Assembly: GCA_050010075.1 (NCBI GenBank)
Contig: JBEKLS010000002.1
Location: forward strand, 3,501-67,500
DNA from: Candidatus Binatus sp.
GTDB lineage: Bacteria > Desulfobacterota > Binatia > Binatales > Binataceae
Reading direction: 5' to 3'
DNA length: 64,000 bases
Within the stretch, counting starts at the first letter, position 1. Each line of letters starts with the position of its first letter. This document shows, piece after piece, positions 42,807 through 51,886 of this stretch. The notes beneath the pieces were generated by a model, which was not told the DNA's origin, searched no databases, and was given only the letters and a program-made list of their open reading frames with translations. The position numbers and the translations under genes are program-made.

Positions 42807-44012
42807 ATGGACGAATCGATTTCTCCCGCCACCGTGAATCCCGCGGCGCGACGCGATGCGCTGCGGGAGCTGGCCGTGCTGTTTCTTCGGCTCGGCACGC
42901 TTTCGATGGGCGGTCCCGCCGCGCACATCGCGATGATGGAGGACGAGGTTGTCCGCCGGCGCCGATGGATGACGCACGAGCGTTTCCTCGACATGCTTGG
43001 CGTCTGCAACCTGATTCCCGGGCCCAACTCGACCGAGATGGCGATTCACGTCGGGCATCTGCGCGCGGGATTCGCGGGGCTGGTCGTCGCGGGCGCATGC
43101 TTCATCATGCCGGCCGCGGCGATCGTGCTCGCGATCGCGTGGATGTACGTGCGATTCGGCACGATGCCGCAGGCGGTCGGGCTGCTGTATGGGATCAAGC
43201 CGGTGATCATTGCGGTCGTGCTGCAGGCGCTGTGGGGACTGGGCCGCACGGCGATCAAGACGCGCATGCTCGCGGCGCTCGCGATCATTTCGCTGGGTGC
43301 GTCGCTGCTCGACGTGAACGACATGATCGTCCTGCTCGGCGGCGGAATCGTAATGATCGCGATTCGCGCCTTCGAGGATCCTGCGGGCACTCGCGCGACG
43401 CTGGCCGCAATTCCGACTGCCGCTGCGCGGGCGACCGGCGCGAAGGGAGCGGCGCTCGCCGTGACGATGGTTGCAGTCCCGTTCAGTCTCGTCACGTTGT
43501 TTCTGTTTTTCCTGAAAGTCGGCGCGGTGCTGTTCGGCAGCGGTTACGTACTGCTCGCATTTCTGCGCACCGACCTGGTCGATCGATTGCGATGGCTCAC
43601 CGAGGCGCAGTTGCTCGACGCCGTCGCGGTCGGCCAGATCACGCCGGGGCCGGTGTTCACGACCGCGACTTTCATCGGCTACCTGCTCGGCGGATTTCGC
43701 GGCGCGGTCGTCGCGACGGTCGGGATTTTCCTGCCGTCGTTTTTCTTCGTCTCGATCAGCGGGCCGCTGATTCCGCATCTGCGGCGCTCTCCGCTCGCGG
43801 GCGCATTTCTCGACGGCGTTAACGTGGGCGCGTGGGCCTTGATGGCGGCGGTGACAGTATTTCTGGCGCGTGCGGCAATCGTCGACGTCACCAGCCTCGC
43901 GCTCGCAGCGGTCAGCGCGTTCCTGCTGATTCGTTACCGCTTGAACTCCGCATGGCTCGTGCTGGGCGGCGGACTCGTCGGCCTTGCGATGAGTCCGTGG
44001 CTGGTACGCTAG
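42807..44012 (+). CDS. chrA: chromate efflux transporter
   Basis: 401 aa. It has the duplicated CHR domains, with LFLRLGTLSMGGPAAHIAMMEDEVVRRRRWMTHERFLDMLGVCNLIPGPNSTE and a second-half repeat FFLKVGAVLFGSGYVLLAFL...QITPGPVFTTATFIGY. Confidence 0.92.
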   Translation: MDESISPATVNPAARRDALRELAVLFLRLGTLSMGGPAAHIAMMEDEVVRRRRWMTHERFLDMLGVCNLIPGPNSTEMAIHVGHLRAGFAGLVVAGACFIMPAAAIVLAIAWMYVRFGTMPQAVGLLYGIKPVIIAVVLQALWGLGRTAIKTRMLAALAIISLGASLLDVNDMIVLLGGGIVMIAIRAFEDPAGTRATLAAIPTAAARATGAKGAALAVTMVAVPFSLVTLFLFFLKVGAVLFGSGYVLLAFLRTDLVDRLRWLTEAQLLDAVAVGQITPGPVFTTATFIGYLLGGFRGAVVATVGIFLPSFFFVSISGPLIPHLRRSPLAGAFLDGVNVGAWALMAAVTVFLARAAIVDVTSLALAAVSAFLLIRYRLNSAWLVLGGGLVGLAMSPWLVR

Positions 44013-44059
44013 ATTTCTTCCGTGTTACATAGGGAACATTTGTTAAAGTTTCACATTAC

Positions 44060-44102
44060 GCGATGCGGTGTTCGCGCGAACGTGTGTAGCGCCCCGCATC
44101 GC
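44060..44102 (+). other. stem-loop with nested 12-bp palindrome downstream of chrA / upstream of the desaturase
   Basis: GCGATGCGG ... CCGCATCGC forms a 9-bp stem enclosing the perfect palindrome GTTCGCGCGAAC. There is no T tract, so its role (terminator or operator) is open. Confidence 0.3.
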
Positions 44103-44310
44103 TATCCTGTAATGTCCTAGTCCGCGACGGCAAGCACATTCCGCTCTCCCGCCTTGGATTCAAGGGCATCCCGGTTAAAAGTGAAAATGTGCTGATGCTG
44201 GCGGCAGCCAAAAAAGCGCACTCACGCGCGCGGCCGCCCGAGCATCACCATCCGTGCAACCAAAGAGGCGCGGGCGGCGGTGTGGGCAAAAGTGATCGGT
44301 GGAGACACGA

Positions 44311-45246
44311 ATGGCAGCAGTTTTCAGGACAGCGAGCACGATTGAAGCCTTAAAGACCGAGCCGTGGAACAAGCCCTGGTGGCATGCCACGGGGCGCGAC
44401 ATTTCGATACTGTTCTGGGTTTTGCTCATTCATATTACCGCCGCGATTGGACTCGTGCTTTATCCGATTCCCGGCTGGCCGGTATTTCTCGGCGCGGTGG
44501 CGCTGGTGTTCCTCGGCGGATTGGGGACGACCGTCGGGTATCATCGCGCGATTGCGCATCGATCGCTCACGCTGAATCCGTGGGCGCGTGGTGTGCTGAT
44601 TTTCCTGGCGATGTTCAACGGATCGGGCGCGCCGACCACGTGGGCCGCCGGTCATCGGCTGCATCACGCGAAGGCTGACACCCCGGAGGACATTTCGAGC
44701 CCGGTCTGGGGCGGTTTCTGGTGGGCGCATCTGCGATGGTTGTGGCAGGCTGGCGAGCCGCCGATCGATCGCTACTGCCCCGACTTGAGTGGCGTCGAAT
44801 ATCGGGCGTGGCGATGGATCCAGGTGCCGATCCTCACGCTTTCATATCTCGGTGGATTATATTTCAGCCCGGTTGCATTTTTCTGGCTGGGAGCAATTCG
44901 CCTGTGCTTCGGATTGCATGCGCAATGTTTCGTCAACAGCGTTTGCCACACCGAGCCGGGTATCGAGGTGGGCGAGGACTCCAGCCGCAACGTGACGTGG
45001 CTCGCACTGGTGCATCTGTTCCAGGGCGAGAACTGGCATCGTAATCATCACGCTCGCCCCGGTTCTGCACGTCTCGGATGGAGCTGGCGTCAGCCCGACG
45101 CCGGCTACGCGCTGATCCTCGCACTCGAGAAACTCGGCCTTGCGACCGACGTTCGCCACGGCACCCCGCACGGCCGGGGCAAAGACGGCAGGGCCGATCC
45201 GAGCGATTTGATGACGCGCGCCGATATTCTCGATCCCGCCGCATAA
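44311..45246 (+). CDS. membrane acyl-CoA (stearoyl-CoA delta-9 type) fatty acid desaturase
   Basis: ATG at 44311 after GGTGGAG. It has the three His boxes HRAIAHRS, HRLHHAKADTPED and NWHRNHHARP. Confidence 0.9.
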   Translation: MAAVFRTASTIEALKTEPWNKPWWHATGRDISILFWVLLIHITAAIGLVLYPIPGWPVFLGAVALVFLGGLGTTVGYHRAIAHRSLTLNPWARGVLIFLAMFNGSGAPTTWAAGHRLHHAKADTPEDISSPVWGGFWWAHLRWLWQAGEPPIDRYCPDLSGVEYRAWRWIQVPILTLSYLGGLYFSPVAFFWLGAIRLCFGLHAQCFVNSVCHTEPGIEVGEDSSRNVTWLALVHLFQGENWHRNHHARPGSARLGWSWRQPDAGYALILALEKLGLATDVRHGTPHGRGKDGRADPSDLMTRADILDPAA

Positions 45247-45321
45247 ATCTCAAGCGCAATGGGCCTTTCTTTCGCGTAACCCGCCGGCGGGACGTGCGTA
45301 TTCCTTGTGAGAGGAATGTAC

Positions 45322-45450
45322 ATGAAAACCGCCGGCTTTATTTTCGCCGCTGTCCTGTGCGCAGCTATAATGTTTGGTACGGTAATGGCCGCGGCCAATG
45401 CGGGTATGATGACTCGGGTCGCGTCGTCGTCGGCCACAACGACTCTTTAA
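45322..45450 (+). CDS. possible 42-aa signal-peptide-bearing small ORF
   Basis: MKTAGFIFAAVLCAAIMFGTVMAAANAGMMTRVASSSATTTL*, with GAGAGGAA 5 nt upstream of the ATG. Below the ORF-track size cutoff, with no homology recognised. Purely ab initio. Confidence 0.3.
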   Translation: MKTAGFIFAAVLCAAIMFGTVMAAANAGMMTRVASSSATTTL

Positions 45451-45498
45451 TCCACACCTGATTATTAGACCAACCGTGGCGTGTTTGTAGTGCAATCG

Positions 45499-48108
45499 AT
45501 GAAACCGCACTCCAAACGCGCCAGTCTTGCCGCGATTTGCGCACTGATACTGCTGACGTGCGTGCGCGTCGCGTTTAGTGCGGGCTCGCAAACGACACCG
45601 CTCATAACCGAAGATATAGATGAGAGCGCGCTGGTCACGCTGACCGGCAATACTCGCACCGAGGCGACTGCCGCCAATGATCGAGGCGCGGTCGCGCCCG
45701 ACTTTTCTATGGGGCACATGCTGCTCCAGTTGCGACGCTCACCTGCGCAGCAGCAGGCGTTGGAAAAATTCCTCGGTCAACTCGAGGATCCCCAGTCGCC
45801 GAACTATCATCACTGGCTCACCGCGGTTGAATTCGGCGAGAAGTACGGACTTGCGGGACAGGATTTGACCAGGATTACGGGATGGCTTCAGTCGCACAGC
45901 CTCACCGTCAACAGCATCTCTCCGAACGGTATGGTGATCGACTTTTCGGGCAACGCGGGCCAGGTGCGCGAGGCCTTCCATACCGAGATTCACAATCTGA
46001 TGGTGAACGGCGCGGCGCATATCGCCAACATGAGCAACCCGCAGATTCCCGCCGCGCTGGCGCCGGCTGTCGCGGGCGTCGTGTCACTCAACGACTTCAG
46101 GCCGCACCCGCTGAACCTGCCGCGCCCTGATTACACAGTCAGCAGTGAAGGTCAGACGCTGAACCTGGTGGTGCCGGCGGACCTCGCAACTATCTACAAC
46201 CTCAATCCTCTGTTCTCGGCTGGTTATTCCGGACAGGGACAGACGATCGTCGTGCTCGAGGACAGCGACCTCTACCAAACCTCGGACTGGAACACGTTTC
46301 GCAGCGTGATGGGACTCGCGAGTGCCCACCCGGATGGCTCGCTGAGCCAGGTTCATCCCGGCAATTGCTCGGACCCGGGCACCAATGACGACGACGGCGA
46401 GGCCGAGATCGACGTCGAATGGGCGAGCGCCGCGGCGCCGAGCGCTGCGATCCAGATGGCCGCATGCGCCGACACTGAGACCACGTTCGGCGGCTTCATC
46501 GCGCTGTCGAACCTGCTTAACGCCTCGAAGACGCCACCGGCGATCGTGAGCATCAGCTACGGCGAGTCCGAGGCTGACGATGGCGCCACACAAAACGCTT
46601 ACATCAATTCGTTGTATCAGCAGGCGGTAAGCGAAGGCGTGTCGGTGTTCGTCGCCGCGGGTGACGAGGGCGCTGCCAGCTCCGACGCCGGCGAGAGCAC
46701 GGCGAGCGACGGCATCGGGATCAGTGGATTCACTTCGACGCCGTACAACGTATCGATGGGTGGCACCGATTTCGGCGACACCTACGCCAATGAGAACAAC
46801 ACTTACTGGAGTGGATCGAACGGCGCGACCGACGGATCGGCCCTTTCCTACATTCCGGAAATTCCGTGGAACGATTCATGTGCGAGCGCGTTGATCAGCA
46901 GCTACCTCGGGTACGGCACCCCCTATGGCTCGAGCGGATTCTGCAACAACTTGACCCCGGAAGAGGAAGATTTCCTGGTCGTCGCCGGAGGCAGCGGCGG
47001 CCCGAGTGGCTGCGCTACCGGCACTGCGTCGAACGGTGGCGTCGTCAGCGGAAGCTGCAAGGGTTACCCCAAACCGAGCTGGCAGTCCGTGCCCGGCAAC
47101 CCCAACGACGGTGTGCGCGACACTCCCGACTTATCGCTGTTCGCGGCCGACGGAGTTTGGGGTCACTACTACGTGATTTGCTATTCCGACCCTGCCAGGG
47201 GCCGTTACGGCGCGCCATGCACGGGAGCGCCGAGCACGTGGGCAGGTTTTGGCGGAACGTCGTTCGCCTCGCCGATCATGGCGGGAATTCAATCGCTGAT
47301 AAATCAGAAGACCGGGAGCCGACAAGGCAATCCGAATCCCACTTATTACGCGCTGGCTAAAGCGGAGTACGACGGGGGCGGCAGCGCCTCATGCAATTCC
47401 TCGCTCGGCAACGGCGTCGACAGCTCGTGCATATTCCACGATGTCACGCAGGGCGATATGGATGTGCCGTGCACCGGTTCGCACAATTGCTACATGCCGT
47501 CGGGCCGGTACGGTGTGTTGTCGACTTCCAACTCCGAATACGAGCCGGCCTATTCGGCGGCGACCGGATGGGACTTCGCAAGCGGCCTCGGGAGCGTCAA
47601 CGCATACAATCTCGTGATGGCATTTGGCGGCACCGTCGCAACGCCGACCCCTACCGCTACGGCGACGGGAGCAACTCCCACACCGACCGCGACCCCAACC
47701 AGCGCAGGTCCAACTGCCACGCCGACTTCAAGACCAACGGCGACGCCAACTCCTACTTCCACGCCGACCAGCGTTCCCCAGTCGCTGACGATCAACCCGT
47801 CGTCGGTGGATTTCGGCAAAGTGAAAGTAGGGAACATCGGAAGCATGACGGTGAAGATCACCAACCCGTCCAAGCACGGAATGCCTGTCACCTTCGGCAA
47901 TCCACTCGCGACGGTTCCACAGACCGAGCCGCAGGTCTTCTGGTCGGGCGCGTCGAATTGTCCCGCGCAACTCTTGCCGCAAGAAAAATGCAAGCTGGTG
48001 GTGCAGTTCGCTCCGGAGGTCCCGGGAAAGGCCTACTCCACGCTGACCATCTTTGACAACGCAGGCAACGCGAACCAGGAGATCGAACTGGTCGGCAAAG
48101 GCAAGTGA
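45499..48108 (+). CDS. secreted S53 (sedolisin/kumamolisin-like) serine protease with Thr/Pro linker and choice-of-anchor-D-like C-terminal domain
   Basis: ATG at 45499. Signal peptide MKPHSKRASLAAICALILLTCVRVAFSA. Pro-kumamolisin activation domain (SPNYHHWLTAVEFGEKYGLAGQDL..WLQSHSL). Catalytic region with GQGQTIVVLE, GEAEIDVEWASAAAP, SISYGESE, FVAAGDEGA and GGTSFASPIMAG. Linker TPTPTATATGATPTPTATPTS.... C-terminus VDFGKVKVGNIGSMTVKITN...CPAQLLPQEKCKLVVQFAPEVPGKAYSTLTI...LVGKGK. Confidence 0.88.
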   Translation: MKPHSKRASLAAICALILLTCVRVAFSAGSQTTPLITEDIDESALVTLTGNTRTEATAANDRGAVAPDFSMGHMLLQLRRSPAQQQALEKFLGQLEDPQSPNYHHWLTAVEFGEKYGLAGQDLTRITGWLQSHSLTVNSISPNGMVIDFSGNAGQVREAFHTEIHNLMVNGAAHIANMSNPQIPAALAPAVAGVVSLNDFRPHPLNLPRPDYTVSSEGQTLNLVVPADLATIYNLNPLFSAGYSGQGQTIVVLEDSDLYQTSDWNTFRSVMGLASAHPDGSLSQVHPGNCSDPGTNDDDGEAEIDVEWASAAAPSAAIQMAACADTETTFGGFIALSNLLNASKTPPAIVSISYGESEADDGATQNAYINSLYQQAVSEGVSVFVAAGDEGAASSDAGESTASDGIGISGFTSTPYNVSMGGTDFGDTYANENNTYWSGSNGATDGSALSYIPEIPWNDSCASALISSYLGYGTPYGSSGFCNNLTPEEEDFLVVAGGSGGPSGCATGTASNGGVVSGSCKGYPKPSWQSVPGNPNDGVRDTPDLSLFAADGVWGHYYVICYSDPARGRYGAPCTGAPSTWAGFGGTSFASPIMAGIQSLINQKTGSRQGNPNPTYYALAKAEYDGGGSASCNSSLGNGVDSSCIFHDVTQGDMDVPCTGSHNCYMPSGRYGVLSTSNSEYEPAYSAATGWDFASGLGSVNAYNLVMAFGGTVATPTPTATATGATPTPTATPTSAGPTATPTSRPTATPTPTSTPTSVPQSLTINPSSVDFGKVKVGNIGSMTVKITNPSKHGMPVTFGNPLATVPQTEPQVFWSGASNCPAQLLPQEKCKLVVQFAPEVPGKAYSTLTIFDNAGNANQEIELVGKGK

Positions 48109-48114
48109 GCGCGG

Positions 48115-48555
48115 TTACGCGGGGACTTTCGCAGCGAGGTTGAGCAGTTCCTGCAGCGTCTGGTTGAAGCGGTAGAACTTGTCCTCGCGCAACTGATCGG
48201 TCGACTCCAGCCACAGCTCCTCGCCCACCAGCGCGAGCGAGCTCAGCGTATGCCGAAGCTGCGGACGGCCGTGCTCGGCAATCTCACCCAGCATGCGATC
48301 CCAGATTTCGCGCTTGCCGCAGATGACGAAGTCGGGATCGTACTCGTTGAGATCGGCGACCGGCTTCGCCTCGGTCAGCTGATAACCATCGATCACGAGG
48401 CCGACGATTCGATCGCCGCCGTTGCCGGTGTTGTTCGGCACGACGCGCACGGCGAAGCGCGTCTCCGCGTAACCGAGCCGCCTGAAAAGCTCACCCTCGG
48501 CATGCATCAGCTTGCCGAGGGTGAGAAACCACTCCGAATCGGGAAACGCCGCCAT
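48115..48555 (-). CDS. SCP2 (sterol-carrier-protein-2)-like lipid-binding domain protein
   Basis: I start the gene at the ATG at 48555: MAAFPDSEWFLTLGKLMHAEGELFRRLGYAETRFAVRVV...DFVICGKREIWDRMLGEI...LALVGEELWLES. This resembles SCP2/alkyl-sulfatase C-terminal-type domains. Its start overlaps the stop of the upstream diiron gene (TGATG). Confidence 0.6.
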   Translation of the reverse strand: MAAFPDSEWFLTLGKLMHAEGELFRRLGYAETRFAVRVVPNNTGNGGDRIVGLVIDGYQLTEAKPVADLNEYDPDFVICGKREIWDRMLGEIAEHGRPQLRHTLSSLALVGEELWLESTDQLREDKFYRFNQTLQELLNLAAKVPA

Positions 48556-49676
48556 CAGGCCGCCGCTTCGAACAGCTTGTTGAAATCCGTCGGCAGGATG
48601 CATCGTGGACGCCGGTCGAGTCCGGCGGAGTCGCACCGCTGCAGGTACTCGTGCACGATTCGCCGCCACAACTGCCCCTGCAACTCCATCCCCTTGTCGA
48701 AATGTTCGACGCCGCCGCCCATCAGGATTGCCATCGGCTCGACCGCTTCCGGCACGCTGAAGGTCTCGAGCAGAATCCGCTCGGCGTCATCGAGCTGCTC
48801 GTGCAGTTCTTCGGCGACCGCGGGATTCGCCTTGAGCTGCGTGCGCAGATGCATCGTGCCGAAGCCGACGTGGCGCGATTCGTCCTGCATACAGCGGCGG
48901 AAGATTTCCTGATCGACGCGGCTCGGCGCCAGGAACTCGCCCTGGCGGAACATCGTCAGCACGAAGCCCTCGCCGAGCAGTTGCAGGCGGCCGGTTTGCG
49001 CCGAGAAAGTCGGGCAATCGAAGATTCGCTTCAACGACAGCTCGCTGATCGCGCTGGCCTTGCCGAGGCCGCCGCCGTTGGCGAGCGCGCGCTTGCGGAA
49101 CACGTCCATGTGCCGCGCCTCGTCCATCGCCTGCGTGGCGAGGAACATTTTCACTTCGAAGAAGTCGTGATTCATCTGCCCCATCCATCGCGTCGGCGCG
49201 TCGGCCGCGATGAATTCCACTTCGGTCAGGAACGTGCACAGCTGGCACATCGCGCGCTCGAGGTCGTCGGGCAGCGGCTTGAGTTCCGTCCACGGGATGT
49301 CACGGGCGGAGCTCCACTGGCGCGTGACCGCTTCTTCGTAGAGCTCGCTCACGTTGTCGGCCCAGCACTCGGCCTTCTCGTTGATGGTAAAGCCGAGCGA
49401 AGGCAGATCTTCGGAAATCACCGCGCCGCGCGGCGCCATCGATTTATGCGCGCCGCCGTGCTCGGGAATGATTCCGTAGCTGCCGATCTCGATATCCTTC
49501 AGGCGCAGGCCGAGGTTGCCGGGCTTGGCCCGCGTGCCCCATTCGCCCATCTGGTTCATCCAGCCGAGGTCGGGCGTGCCGGTTTCGTAGAGCTTCTGCA
49601 GGTAAACTGAGGGCTCAAGTTTGTATTTTGCTTGCGAACCGACCCGGTCTTCATCCTTGATATGGACTGTCCCCAT
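48555..49676 (-). CDS. ferritin-like diiron-carboxylate protein (putative oxygenase/oxidase)
   Basis: 373 aa. The four-helix-bundle ligand pattern is E (TFLTEVEFIA), ExxH (MDEARHMD), E (LLGEGFVL) and ExxH (QDESRHVGF). It also has a ~120-aa N-terminal extension. Confidence 0.7.
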   Translation of the reverse strand: MGTVHIKDEDRVGSQAKYKLEPSVYLQKLYETGTPDLGWMNQMGEWGTRAKPGNLGLRLKDIEIGSYGIIPEHGGAHKSMAPRGAVISEDLPSLGFTINEKAECWADNVSELYEEAVTRQWSSARDIPWTELKPLPDDLERAMCQLCTFLTEVEFIAADAPTRWMGQMNHDFFEVKMFLATQAMDEARHMDVFRKRALANGGGLGKASAISELSLKRIFDCPTFSAQTGRLQLLGEGFVLTMFRQGEFLAPSRVDQEIFRRCMQDESRHVGFGTMHLRTQLKANPAVAEELHEQLDDAERILLETFSVPEAVEPMAILMGGGVEHFDKGMELQGQLWRRIVHEYLQRCDSAGLDRRPRCILPTDFNKLFEAAA

Positions 49677-49756
49677 CGGCGGTCTCCTCGAAAGTGTCGC
49701 AGATACGTGTTTTTCAGTCGCGCGGAACTCGCGCTAAAAAAGTCTCGGCCCAAATC

Positions 49757-49773
49757 CCCAACTAATAGTTGGG
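49757..49773. promoter_or_regulatory. 17-bp palindrome in the divergent diiron/mscL spacer
   Basis: CCCAACTA-A-TAGTTGGG, with 8-bp perfect arms. Candidate operator, with no cognate regulator evident. Confidence 0.25.
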
Positions 49774-49900
49774 TAGCAGAAGCATTTCTAATAAGTCAAT
49801 CCAGTCCGGTTGCTCGATCCGAATCCGCAGCGGTTTTACATTCCCGCGCGCCGATGCTTTGGTAGGCCGGTAAAATCGAAATTGAAACGGAGGACGCACC

Positions 49901-50341
49901 GTGTCGGTACTCTCGGAATTCAAGCAATTCGCGATCAAGGGCAACGTCATCGATCTGGCGGTCGGCTTCGTAGTCGGCGCTGCATTCGGAAAAATCGTCA
50001 CCTCCTTCACCAACGACATTCTCATGCCGCCGATTGGGCTGGCGCTTGGCGCGGTCGACTTCTCGAACCTGTTCATCAACCTTTCGTCGAAGCACTACGA
50101 CAGCCTGACGGCGGCCAAAGCCGCCGGCGCGCCGACGCTTAACGTCGGCCTGTTCCTGAACACGATCGTCGACTTCGTGATAATCGCGTTCGCGGTTTTC
50201 CTGCTGGTCAAATGGATCAATCGTCTCGTCGGACCCGCGCCGGCCGCGCCCACGACCAAGGACTGTCCCTACTGCCTGAGCGCGATTCCGCTGGGCGCGA
50301 CCCGATGCCCACATTGCACGTCGGAATTGAAGGCGGCCTGA
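49901..50341 (+). CDS. mscL: large-conductance mechanosensitive channel with C-terminal zinc-ribbon-like tail
   Basis: 146 aa with a GTG start. [40 protein letters not shown] is canonical MscL. The tail is [24 protein letters not shown] (CxxC-x10-CxxC). Confidence 0.92.
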   Translation: MSVLSEFKQFAIKGNVIDLAVGFVVGAAFGKIVTSFTNDILMPPIGLALGAVDFSNLFINLSSKHYDSLTAAKAAGAPTLNVGLFLNTIVDFVIIAFAVFLLVKWINRLVGPAPAAPTTKDCPYCLSAIPLGATRCPHCTSELKAA

Positions 50342-50399
50342 AAATGTGAAGGCGCGCACGGAACCCGCCGCGCGCGCCTCCAGTACGTTGAACTTGTCG

Positions 50400-51710
50400 C
50401 TATTCGCCCGCTTGCGCGACGTCGGCCATCGCTTTCGCGGCGCGCTCGCAAATCTCACTCAACACTTCGTCAGTGATCACGGTCGAGAGCGCGATCATCC
50501 CGCGCGGCGCCAGGAAGAGGCCATTGTTGAGGGCCGCGAGATGGAAGTTGCCAATCGCGCGTGCGTCCTCGCGCGCAATCGTCGCCGGCGGCGGCTCCTT
50601 GAGAAAAAATACGTTCATCAGTGAACCGTAATGGCGCACGGAAAACGGCAGGTCCACTTGCCGTGCGGCGCGCGCCAGTTCGGCTGCCAGCCGCTCGCCC
50701 TGCACCGCCATCTTGTCGATTCGCGCCTGCGTCAGTTCGCGCAATGAAACGGCGCCGGCCGTGCAGGTGACAGGATTGCCGTTGAAGGTCCCGGCATGGA
50801 AAATCGAGCCGCGATTGCGCGGATCGAAGGCCGACATCACGTCTTCGCTGCCGCCGATCGCGCCAACCGGAAAGCCGCCGCCGATGATCTTGCCGAACAT
50901 CGTCAGGTCCGGCTTCACTTCGAACAGCTGCTGGCCACCGCCTTCGGCGAGCCTCAACGTGATCACTTCATCGACCACGAACATCGCGCCCGCGCGCCGC
51001 GTCGCTTCGGCCACGCGCTCGAGGAATCCCTCAGGCGGCTCGACGATTCCCGCCGACCCGAGTACCGGTTCGAGGAACACCGCCGCAATTTCAGAGCCGC
51101 GCTCCGACAGCAGCGCCTCGAATGCAGTCGCCTCGCCGAAGTCCGCGAGCATCGTGCGCTCGCCATCCTGACCGGCCAGGCCAACCTCAAGATCGTCGTA
51201 CGATCCATGATAACCGTAGCGCGCCATCAGGATCAGCTTGCGGCCGGTGAGGCGCCGCGCGACATGCGCCGCGAGCATCCCGGCTTCAGTTCCCGAATTG
51301 CAAAATCGCACGCGGTCAACAGATTCGACGCGCTCGCACAAAAGCGTCGCCAGCTCGACCTGCGCCTCGGATCGCGCGCCCCACGAGCTGCCGTCGCGCA
51401 CCGCCCGGGTGACAGCTTCGACCACCGGCGGATACGCGTTGCCATGAACGAGGCTGGTGTAGTTGCCGAGCAGATCGACGTACTTGTTGCCGTCGACGTC
51501 CCAGAGGAACGGTCCCTCGCCGCGCTTGATGGTGAGCGGGTAGGGCCGGTAGTAAGTCGTGGTGCGAGTGTCGCCGCCGGGCATCACGCGCTCGGCGCGC
51601 TTGGCGAGCTGCGCGGATTTCTCGGTCGCTCCGCGGTAGTTTTCCTCGATACTGTTCACCGTTGCCACACCCCGATGATTTCCGACGAGCGGTTGTGCCT
51701 CTGCTTCCAT
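50400..51710 (-). CDS. class-III PLP aminotransferase, glutamate-1-semialdehyde aminomutase-like
   Basis: 436 aa. PGGDTRTTTYYRPYPL, DVDGNKYVDLLGNYTSL, NSGTEAGM, VDEVITLR, and the PLP-lysine context DLTMFGKIIGGGFPVGA. Confidence 0.85.
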   Translation of the reverse strand: MEAEAQPLVGNHRGVATVNSIEENYRGATEKSAQLAKRAERVMPGGDTRTTTYYRPYPLTIKRGEGPFLWDVDGNKYVDLLGNYTSLVHGNAYPPVVEAVTRAVRDGSSWGARSEAQVELATLLCERVESVDRVRFCNSGTEAGMLAAHVARRLTGRKLILMARYGYHGSYDDLEVGLAGQDGERTMLADFGEATAFEALLSERGSEIAAVFLEPVLGSAGIVEPPEGFLERVAEATRRAGAMFVVDEVITLRLAEGGGQQLFEVKPDLTMFGKIIGGGFPVGAIGGSEDVMSAFDPRNRGSIFHAGTFNGNPVTCTAGAVSLRELTQARIDKMAVQGERLAAELARAARQVDLPFSVRHYGSLMNVFFLKEPPPATIAREDARAIGNFHLAALNNGLFLAPRGMIALSTVITDEVLSEICERAAKAMADVAQAGE

Positions 51711-51886
51711 TTTTATCCTCCATTATTTGCGGGCTGGTCGCCACCGCGAACCTGGATCCCGCCCGGCACCATCACCGGCGTCCATATTGTTTACACCGAA
51801 CGTTCGGATGCGTCAAATTGTAAGAAATTATAACATGCTGGCAGTACGGGGTTACTTCCAGCCTTGGGAGCGGCGTGGCGGGCGCT

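Noticed and set aside
42714-43778. N-terminal 355 codons of the 648-aa ORF 41832..43778
   Set aside because: This part is antisense to chrA and extremely Arg/Asp/His-rich. Hydrolase homology begins only at MPAQMKQRVV (ATG 42713).
50348-50379. Hairpin GAAGGCGCGC...GCGCGCCTCC between convergent mscL and the aminotransferase as a bidirectional terminator
   Set aside because: The stem is GC-rich, but it has no U tract on either strand and contains a mismatch. The evidence is too weak to annotate it.
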